Source: Pyrinomonadaceae bacterium (GTDB taxonomy: Bacteria; Acidobacteriota; Blastocatellia; Pyrinomonadales; Pyrinomonadaceae). Taken from it: a DNA stretch of 64,000 nucleotides. How positions within the stretch are numbered: position 1 is the stretch's first letter; each line of letters opens with the position of its first letter. The stretch lies in NCBI GenBank assembly GCA_047973305.1, contig JBKEBT010000150.1:1548-65547 (forward strand), given 5' to 3'. The translations under genes were made by a program, and so were the position numbers. A model generated the notes under the pieces. That model was not told the DNA's origin. It was given only the letters and a program-made list of their open reading frames with translations, and made no database searches. Positions 57,021-64,000 of the stretch are shown here, piece after piece.

Positions 57021-58478
57021 ATGCATATTCTTGGTGGCGGCATTTATCACGAATCACCTTCATTTTCGAGCGAACCAACCGATTTGGAATCCTTCAGGAA
57101 AGTTCTATTGTTGGAAGGGAATGAATCGGTTGAAAAGTTGCGCGAAACCGAAAGTGAAATGTCCGGATTTATAAAGGGTGCTGAAAAATTCGGCTTTGAA
57201 ATTATTCCAACACTTTGGGCTTGGGGTGTTTCAACCGCGCCCGTTCAGGCTGAAACGTTGGATTATTTAATTGGAATTGTTCAACAAGCATTTGAAAATT
57301 CGCAACATATTGATGGAATTCTCTTTGCTTTACACGGCGCGCTTGTTGCGGAAAATGCCCTTGATGGCGATGGCTATATTCTTTCAAAATTCAGAGAATT
57401 TGCCGGAGATGAAATTCCAATCGCAATTACACTTGATTTTCATGCAAACATCTCTGAATTGATGGTTGAAAAGGCGACTGCAATTGTAGGTTACGATACA
57501 TATCCGCATATTGATCAAGAAGCACGGGGGTTAGAAGCTGCGGAGATTTTGGTTAGAACTATTCGTGGCGAGATAAATCCGGTAACGGCATTGGAAAAAC
57601 CGCCGATGATTACGGTTCCGAATGTTCAGTTTACAGATGTAATGCCAATGAAAGCTCTGATGGAAGCCGCGCATAAAACTGAACAGGAAAGCGATGTTGT
57701 TTCTGTAACCGTTGCAGGCGGTTTTGCTTATTCTGACGTGCCCGAAATCGGACCCAGCGTGCTGGTTGTAACAAACAACAAACCCGAACGCGGGCAACAA
57801 TACGCACGCGCAATTGCTGAAAAGTTTTGGGAAATGCGTGAAGATTTCTTGCCAAAACTGCCAAGTGTTTCAGATGCCGTGGCGGAAGCAGCCGGCAGCG
57901 ATGCGTTTCCGGTGATTTTGGCGGATGTGGGCGACAACATTGGTGCAGGAACTACGGGCGACAGCACTTTTATATTGGAAGAATTGCTGCGTCAAGAAGT
58001 TCAAAGTGCTGTTGTAATAATCGCAGACAAAGAATCCGTCGAAAAAGCATTCGATGTTGGAATTGGAAAAAACGTAGAACTTTTGGTTGGCGGCAAATGT
58101 GATGACTTTCACGGCAAACCGGTTTTTGTAAATGTCACGGTAAGATTGATTTCAGATGGCACATTTCTAAATCGGGGACCTATGCGCGACGGTATTGTTG
58201 AAAATATGGGAAAAACAGCAGTTGTGGAAGTTAAAGGTATCAAAATAGTTTTAACAGAATTCAAAATGCCGCCCTGGAATCTACAACAGCTAAAATCTAT
58301 CGGCATTTCGCCGGAAAACGAAGAAATAATTGTTCTAAAATCGGCTGTCGCATTTAGGGCGGCGTATCAACCCATAGCGTCAAAAATTATTGAAGTAAAT
58401 TCACCGGGGCTTTCTTCGGTCGCTCTGGAATCGTTTGAATACAAGAATATTAGAGAAAAACTCTACCCGCTTAATTAG
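57021..58478 (+). CDS. M81 family metallopeptidase (MlrC-like)
   Basis: N-terminal GGGIYHESPSF matches the family GGxxHETNTF pattern. Also present are LHGA and DFHAN. The length is about 485 aa. Confidence 0.65.
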   Translation: MHILGGGIYHESPSFSSEPTDLESFRKVLLLEGNESVEKLRETESEMSGFIKGAEKFGFEIIPTLWAWGVSTAPVQAETLDYLIGIVQQAFENSQHIDGILFALHGALVAENALDGDGYILSKFREFAGDEIPIAITLDFHANISELMVEKATAIVGYDTYPHIDQEARGLEAAEILVRTIRGEINPVTALEKPPMITVPNVQFTDVMPMKALMEAAHKTEQESDVVSVTVAGGFAYSDVPEIGPSVLVVTNNKPERGQQYARAIAEKFWEMREDFLPKLPSVSDAVAEAAGSDAFPVILADVGDNIGAGTTGDSTFILEELLRQEVQSAVVIIADKESVEKAFDVGIGKNVELLVGGKCDDFHGKPVFVNVTVRLISDGTFLNRGPMRDGIVENMGKTAVVEVKGIKIVLTEFKMPPWNLQQLKSIGISPENEEIIVLKSAVAFRAAYQPIASKIIEVNSPGLSSVALESFEYKNIREKLYPLN

Positions 58479-58591
58479 TTAGTTCGGCAAAATAAGTTGT
58501 TTTATTTAATGAAGTTGAGAAACCGGTGCGGAATCGGTGCGCTTTTAAATCGAAGTCAATTATAAACCAAAATCATAAGGAGTAAATTAAA

Positions 58592-59938
58592 ATGCGAAGT
58601 TACGAGAAATCACGCGAATTGTATGAACGTGCCTGCAAATCAATGGCTGGCGGTGTCAGCAGTCATTTCAGAATGGCAGGTTCGCCGCATCCACTCTTTT
58701 TTAAAAAAGGAAAAGGCGCGAGGATTTTTGACGTGGATGACAATGAATATCTTGATTTTACATTAAGTCAGGGTCCGTTGATTTTGGGACATTCTCATCC
58801 GAACGTGATTCAACGCGTACAAGAAGAAATGAATCTCGGACAACTTTTTGCCGGACAGCATTTAATGGAGCTTGAGCTCGCAGAAAAATTGCAAAGCCTA
58901 ATTCCTTGTGCTGAATTAATTCGGTTTAGCAATAGCGGGTCAGAATCTGTGCAAGCAGCCTTGCGTTTGGCACGTGGCGCAACCGGACGCAATAAATATG
59001 TAAAATTTGAAGGGCAATATCACGGTTGGTTTGACAATGTTTTAATAAGCCAGCACCCATCAAAAGAAGCGGCAGGCGAATTTGATTTGCCCACGAAAAT
59101 TTTGGAAACAACAGGACAAGCGCCGGGCGTTTTGGAAGAATTGATAGTGCTGCCTTGGAATGATTTAGACGCGGTTGAACGCGCATTTGAAACTTGGGGC
59201 GATGATATTGCAGGGCTTATCACAGAGCCGATTATGTGCAATAACGGTTGTATTGAACCACAACCCGGATACCTACAAGGGTTGCGCGACATTTGTGATA
59301 AATATGGAACGGTTTTGATTTTTGACGAGATTATTACGGGCTTTAGGCTGGGGCTTGGAGGCGCGCAAACCTATTACGACGTTATTCCTGATTTGGGAAC
59401 GTTCGGAAAGGCAATGGCTTCGGGATTTCCGGTCAGCTTTTTAGCAGGAAAACGCAAGTTTATGGATTTGGTGGCAAATGGCACTGTAATGCATGCCGGA
59501 ACCTATAATTCAAATAATCCTTCGATTGCGGCTTCTGCGGCTACTGTTGAAGTGCTGGAAAACGATAAAGACCTTTACAACAGAATTCAAAATCTGGGGT
59601 TAAGGTTGCAGGAAGGCTTAAGAAAAGCCGCCGAAGAAAACGGTCAAACTGTTTTGGTAAGCGGTCCGGGGCAAATAACACACCTTGGTTTTACAAACCG
59701 TACCGAACTGGTTAATTACAGAGATTGTTTGGAATTCGACGGAGCCAAATATGCGGAATTTACCGCGCTGATGCTTGGTCGTGGAGTTAGGGTAATTGGA
59801 CGCGGAATTTGGTATATCTCTGCAGTTCATACAGAAGCTGATATTGAGGAAGCTATCGAAACCGCCGCTGCGGTATTTGCCGAAATGAACAAAGAATCAG
59901 AAGCCTTTGAAACAGTTGGCAATTTATCCGCCGCCTAG
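58592..59938 (+). CDS. Class III (omega) aminotransferase, glutamate-1-semialdehyde aminomutase-like
   Basis: Motifs GGVSSHFR, FSNSGSESVQAALRLAR, FDEIITGFRL and TFGKAMASGFP, the last carrying the PLP Lys. Confidence 0.85.
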   Translation: MRSYEKSRELYERACKSMAGGVSSHFRMAGSPHPLFFKKGKGARIFDVDDNEYLDFTLSQGPLILGHSHPNVIQRVQEEMNLGQLFAGQHLMELELAEKLQSLIPCAELIRFSNSGSESVQAALRLARGATGRNKYVKFEGQYHGWFDNVLISQHPSKEAAGEFDLPTKILETTGQAPGVLEELIVLPWNDLDAVERAFETWGDDIAGLITEPIMCNNGCIEPQPGYLQGLRDICDKYGTVLIFDEIITGFRLGLGGAQTYYDVIPDLGTFGKAMASGFPVSFLAGKRKFMDLVANGTVMHAGTYNSNNPSIAASAATVEVLENDKDLYNRIQNLGLRLQEGLRKAAEENGQTVLVSGPGQITHLGFTNRTELVNYRDCLEFDGAKYAEFTALMLGRGVRVIGRGIWYISAVHTEADIEEAIETAAAVFAEMNKESEAFETVGNLSAA

Positions 59939-59973
59939 TTTGCTGATTCGGCAAGCTATACCTATTTAATGAT

Positions 59974-60876
59974 ATGCGTTTAACGACATTTAGAAACAAT
60001 GCCGCAAGCGAAGCGGGATTATATCGCGTTGGTGCGCTTTGGAATGACGATTCGGCGATTTTGGATTTCTTTAAGGCGTTCGCACTTGAAGAAGTGGATT
60101 CATATTCGTTACTTCCATGGTTTAATTTAGACGGAAATTTGCTTCCGCGTGCATTGGAATTTTATGCAAGGTGTTTGGAGAATCCTGCCGAAGCAGAAAA
60201 ATTCTTAATCGCACAAAAAGAAATAGAACTTTCAGCACCCGTTCCGCGCCCCGGCAAGTTGATTTGTATCGGCTTGAATTATCGGGATCACGCAATTGAA
60301 AGCAACATGGAAATTCCGAAAATACCCATTGTGTTTTCTAAATATCCAACTTCTGTTGTTGGCGACAATCAGCCCGTGATTCTTCCTAATGGTAGTAAAC
60401 AGGCTGATTATGAAGCCGAATTGGCGGTAATAATCGGCAGGTATGCGAAAAACATATCGCCTGAAAATGCGCTTGATTATGTGCTTGGATATGCAAATTT
60501 GAACGATGTGAGCGAACGCGGGTTTCAGTTTGCAGATGGTCAATGGCAGCGCGGAAAATCATGCGATACATTTGCACCGATTGGAAAATTTATTGCCACA
60601 AAGGATGAAATTGTGGATCCACATAATCTGAATATTGCTTTTCGGCTGAACAATGAAACGCTGCAGCAATCAAATACAAACCAATTGATATTTGATATAC
60701 CTGCAATAGTTTCATTCTTGAGCGAAACCGTAACACTTGAACCCGGCGACGTTATTGCGACCGGTACACCACCGGGGGTAGGTTTTGCCAGAAAGCCTCC
60801 GGTTTACTTAAAAAGCGGAGACATTATGGAAGTTGAAATTGAAGGGCTTGGTATTTTGCGGAATCCCGTTGGCTAA
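59974..60876 (+). CDS. Fumarylacetoacetate hydrolase (FAH) family protein
   Basis: Motifs KLICIGLNYRDHA, DYEAELAVIIG, GKSCDTFAPIGP-like and GDVIATGTPPGVG. Confidence 0.88.
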   Translation: MRLTTFRNNAASEAGLYRVGALWNDDSAILDFFKAFALEEVDSYSLLPWFNLDGNLLPRALEFYARCLENPAEAEKFLIAQKEIELSAPVPRPGKLICIGLNYRDHAIESNMEIPKIPIVFSKYPTSVVGDNQPVILPNGSKQADYEAELAVIIGRYAKNISPENALDYVLGYANLNDVSERGFQFADGQWQRGKSCDTFAPIGKFIATKDEIVDPHNLNIAFRLNNETLQQSNTNQLIFDIPAIVSFLSETVTLEPGDVIATGTPPGVGFARKPPVYLKSGDIMEVEIEGLGILRNPVG

Positions 60877-60904
60877 AAAGAAACTTCCAATATGATTAAA
60901 AAAG

Positions 60905-60928
60905 CGGCGTCTATCGCCGTTTTTTTTT
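60905..60928. terminator. Short GC hairpin with T9 tract, bidirectional between convergent genes
   Basis: AAAAAAG-CGGCG-TCTAT-CGCCG-TTTTTTTTT. Confidence 0.6.
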
Positions 60929-61012
60929 GTTCAGGAGGAAATTTCGGCTGACCCAATATCTTATTGTTCCGCGGAAAAGTTTCTTGAAAGCAGATATGTT
61001 GATGCACCAAAA

Positions 61013-62467
61013 CTAAAAATCTAGCTGATATTGCTTGAATTGTGCACCTTTCCTTTTGGAAAGTTCCAAATAATCTGCAACGAATTTTTCATTTTCTGCC
61101 GAATACGATTTTAGATTGTATCCTGCTTTTGACAGTTGCGCCGCGATAAACGAGCCCGCGGTTTGGATTGCCTCATTTCCAGCCGGATGTCTTAACAAAT
61201 CAATGTCTTCCGGGCTTGCTTCTTTATTTGCCAACACGCGATTAATTGCGAGAAACGCTTGGCTAACCACTTCGGCATTTGTTGTAAATGCGCCGTTGGA
61301 TTTCTCGTAAGCCGCTCTTCCGTAATCAAACAGCATTTGTGAAATCACTTCTCGAGGCGACTTTTTTGCGTCGTCAACCGGCGCAGAAGCCTTCCATTTT
61401 TCACTTGTAACCATCTCAAATAATTTTGAAGCAAATGGAACGCGCGGGGCACCTTCACGGTTTGCGGCAACCGCAATCACAATTCCAACTTTCGGAAAAA
61501 CAAATAAATGCGTGGCTGTTTCGGGCTGCCCGCCACTGTGGCTTATTGTGAAATGTCCGTTTATTGGCGTTGTGTTCCAACCCGCGCTGTATGCAACAAA
61601 TTTGCCGTCTTTTGTTGTCGCGGGGTTGTACATTAGATTGATGCTGTTTGGTGAAAGTAGTTTTCTATTTGCTATTGCATCGCCGAATTTGAGCATATCT
61701 AACACGTTTGAACGAATTCCGCCGGCAGCAAATCTGCTGCTTATATCCACATAATCAGAATTTTTTATTTCACCTTCCAACAGCTGGTAACCGCGTGTGC
61801 GAAAGGGAATAATCTCAACCGCGTCATCCATTCGCGTTGCATTCATTCCCAAAGGCAGCCAAACATTTTCTGTCATAAATTTTGAATACGGTTCGCCCGA
61901 AGCACCTTCAATTACGGCACCTAGAAGATTATAGCCATAGCTGGAATAAGATGCCCGCGTGCCGGGTTCTGCAACAAGATCGAATTCTTCAAAAATTGCG
62001 ATTGCTTCACGCGTTGTTTTCTTTTCTTTTATCCTTCCTTCAACTTCGTAATTCTTGTAATGACTTATTCCACCTGTGTGCGAAAGCAGTTGCCGAATTG
62101 TTACGGGAAAGTTTTTCTTCGGAAAATAGGGAACGTATTTTTGAACTTCATCATCAAGGTTAAGCTTGCCGCGATCTGCCAATAGCAATATCGCAGCCGC
62201 CGTCATCGGCTTGTTTACCGAAGCCATCCGATACATTGTTTGTGCCAGAGCGGGCGAACGATTTTCAATATCGGCAAATCCGTAACCTTTCACCCAAGTT
62301 TTTCCTTTGTAAGAATATCCGATACTTAAACCGGGAATCTTATCTTTTTCCATTTGTTCTTGAACAAATTTGTCAAAAGCTGCGGAATCAAATGAATCTT
62401 GCGCAGCAATTTGAACAACAAATGCCACAATTAATATCGGAAGCAGAAAAAGCTTAAATGGTTTCAT
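61013..62467 (-). CDS. Beta-lactamase-fold serine hydrolase (class C/PBP4*-like) with C-terminal extension
   Basis: Signal peptide, the SxxK motif (MASVNKPMT) and a YSSYGYNLLG (YxN-like) motif. The protein is 484 aa. Confidence 0.8.
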   Translation of the reverse strand: MKPFKLFLLPILIVAFVVQIAAQDSFDSAAFDKFVQEQMEKDKIPGLSIGYSYKGKTWVKGYGFADIENRSPALAQTMYRMASVNKPMTAAAILLLADRGKLNLDDEVQKYVPYFPKKNFPVTIRQLLSHTGGISHYKNYEVEGRIKEKKTTREAIAIFEEFDLVAEPGTRASYSSYGYNLLGAVIEGASGEPYSKFMTENVWLPLGMNATRMDDAVEIIPFRTRGYQLLEGEIKNSDYVDISSRFAAGGIRSNVLDMLKFGDAIANRKLLSPNSINLMYNPATTKDGKFVAYSAGWNTTPINGHFTISHSGGQPETATHLFVFPKVGIVIAVAANREGAPRVPFASKLFEMVTSEKWKASAPVDDAKKSPREVISQMLFDYGRAAYEKSNGAFTTNAEVVSQAFLAINRVLANKEASPEDIDLLRHPAGNEAIQTAGSFIAAQLSKAGYNLKSYSAENEKFVADYLELSKRKGAQFKQYQLDF

Positions 62468-62563
62468 TCGGTAATGATAGCATCTGAGCTAAATTTTCCT
62501 ATTGTGGTTGGTCTTATTTTCAGACTTGTAGGTTAAAAAAATCAATCCGTTGGTATGACCTGG

Positions 62564-63283
62564 TTACCCAAAACAAGAGACGAAACTCTCGTTCCTCCTA
62601 TTGTTTTTAGATTCTTTCAGATTCCTTTCAAACTCCAACGGGCTCAGATATCTGAGGCTTGAATGCCTTCTGATTCGGTTATAGTAGCCTTCGATATAGC
62701 TGAAAACTTCCGTCCGGGCTTGCTCTACGCTTTCGAATTTGCCACCTTCCAGCAGTTCTGCTTTGATTCTCGAGAAGAAACTCTCTGCCTGGGCGTTTTC
62801 GTAGCAATCGCCTTTCGCCGACATCGATTGTCTCAATCCTTTCAACAACTTACGGTAATCTTTTGCGCCATACTGACTCCCACGATCCGTATGAATAATC
62901 GCGTTTATGCCGATTAATCCTCGTCGTTTTGCCATCAAAAGTGCGCCGATTACAAGCTCAGCTCTCATATTATCCGCCACCTGCCAGCCAACGATCCGTT
63001 TCGTAAACTTATCTTGAAACATCGCCAAATAGCAAAACTTTCCGCCCGAAAGCGGCAAGTATGTGATGTCGCCCACGATTACCTCACCCCGAGTGATCTT
63101 GTCGATTTCTACCTCTTTCAAAAGATTCGGACTGTAGCCCAAATCATGTTTCGAATCAGTCGTTTTCGGCACAAATCGAATTTCAAAGGACTCTTCTGGT
63201 TGCGAAAGAATTTCGGGAAAAGCGTGTGATCTAAATAAAATTACGTGACGCGAATGGAATTTGATTTTACTTTGAGGCTCGGT
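62564..63283 (-). pseudogene. IS3-family transposase (OrfB) remnant that lacks OrfA and the N-terminal HTH region
   Basis: DDE core motifs are intact: VGDITYLPL, IIHTDRGSQYGA and YENAQAESFFSRIKAE. The frame stays open upstream of the annotated GTG (63172) back to a stop at 63284..63286 with no ATG and no OrfA-like sequence. I found no inverted repeats. Confidence 0.7.
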
Positions 63284-63333
63284 TCAGCGAGCAAAAGAGG
63301 TTGCAGATTGAAACAAGAATGCTGATTTAGCTC

Positions 63334-63612
63334 TTACTTTTGAGAGTCATCATTTGGCGGATCGTATTTATTGAACAAAAACCGGGCGGTAAAAAAGAAA
63401 ACGATGCAGCCAATAATTGTAAACGTGCTTACAAAAACAACTTCCTCTTTCGGTCTGGCGAAAAAACCGATTAGAGCTAAAAGGATGAAAAGCCCCGCGA
63501 ATGCGAGAAAAATCAATGCACAGATGGCTTTAATCAGTTCCATAACCGTATTCACTTTACCATGAATGGGAAAAAGCGGATTAACAATTTCAGTGAAGGT
63601 TGATGACGGCAA
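63334..63612 (-). CDS. Small membrane protein
   Basis: 92-aa ORF with two hydrophobic helices. I recognised no family. Confidence 0.4.
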   Translation of the reverse strand: MPSSTFTEIVNPLFPIHGKVNTVMELIKAICALIFLAFAGLFILLALIGFFARPKEEVVFVSTFTIIGCIVFFFTARFLFNKYDPPNDDSQK

Positions 63613-63685
63613 AAGAACTGTTGAGCAATTTGCGCCTTAATCAGTATATCCTTAAGAATCCAGATTCAATAAAAATACGCTTCGT

Positions 63686-64000
63686 TTATTTAATGAGAGC
63701 CGCAAAAACAGCCGCGTCAACATTTCCGCCGCTTACAATTACACAAGTCTTCTTGTTATTGAATTTTTCTGCTTCGGTTAAGATTGCACCCAGCGAAACA
63801 GCGCCGGTAGGTTCAACTTTCAGATTTGCCAGCACGAAGTAGCTTTGAAGTGCTGATTTTATTGCATCATCCGGAACTTGGATTATTTCAGAAAGTTCAT
63901 CTTTAATAATCGCCCAGTTTCTTTTTCCGAGTGAAAGCGTGCGTGCGCCATCTGCAATGGTTTGAGGTTCACTTTCGTTTTTTACCAATTCACCGGCTTT
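63686..64000 (-). CDS. Threonine/serine dehydratase-like PLP enzyme, C-terminal part (gene starts beyond the right edge)
   Basis: The C-terminal pattern TIADGARTLSLGKRNWAII...EPTGAVSLGAIL...CVIVSGGNVD is typical of threonine ammonia-lyase and serine racemase. The frame stays open to position 64000. Confidence 0.7.
   Translation of the reverse strand, partial: KAGELVKNESEPQTIADGARTLSLGKRNWAIIKDELSEIIQVPDDAIKSALQSYFVLANLKVEPTGAVSLGAILTEAEKFNNKKTCVIVSGGNVDAAVFAALIK

Noticed and set aside
1-64000. Scan by eye for CRISPR arrays, rRNA genes, tRNA genes, integrases and prophage or toxin-antitoxin modules.
   Set aside because: I found no regularly spaced direct repeats, no rRNA- or tRNA-like sequence, and no integrase or phage structural genes. 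The only mobile-element trace is the IS3 remnant at 62564..63283.

Overview
This 64-kb window is from a Gram-negative bacterium. Long TonB-dependent receptors with a carboxypeptidase-regulatory-like N-terminus, FG-GAP proteins and the lack of a SusD partner suggest Acidobacteriota, but the sequence alone cannot prove that.

(1) 1-16.2 kb, minus strand: a complex I operon, nuoA-B-C-D-E-F-G-H-J-K-L-M-N. It has no nuoI and carries three non-nuo insertions. One is a 40-aa ribosomal protein bTHX gene that I translated by hand between nuoF and nuoG; it is absent from the ORF track. The other two encode signal-peptide proteins.

(2) 16.5-35.5 kb: mixed housekeeping genes. These include a ThiS-like carrier, an AI-2E transporter, a 7TM-HD phosphohydrolase, HflX, an M48 peptidase, a Fur-family regulator, CinA and a DUF3298-like protein. 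This stretch also holds an isolated 1180-aa P-loop ATPase with a BrxC/PglY-like Walker A context and no defence-system partners.

(3) 35.7-60.9 kb: an accessory uptake and catabolism island, and the main result. It starts with a divergent IclR regulator and a gene that looks like an RfaH-type NusG paralog. That gene is followed 53 nt later by a match to the ops consensus (GGCGGTAGTCTG). A second ops-like element (GGCGGTAGCCCG) lies inside a shared 45-nt leader block upstream of a roughly 17-kb operon of a TonB receptor, BNR/Asp-box proteins, an FG-GAP protein, an SGNH protein, and PLP-dependent, M81-peptidase, aminotransferase and FAH-family enzymes. A shared GTTCA-N6-TGAAC palindrome also links the two loci.

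(4) 61-64 kb: a beta-lactamase-fold hydrolase, a 5'-truncated IS3 transposase remnant, a small membrane protein and the 3' end of a threonine-dehydratase-like gene.

I saw no rRNA genes, tRNA genes or CRISPR arrays. All homology statements come from by-eye motif recognition and need HMM or BLAST confirmation.
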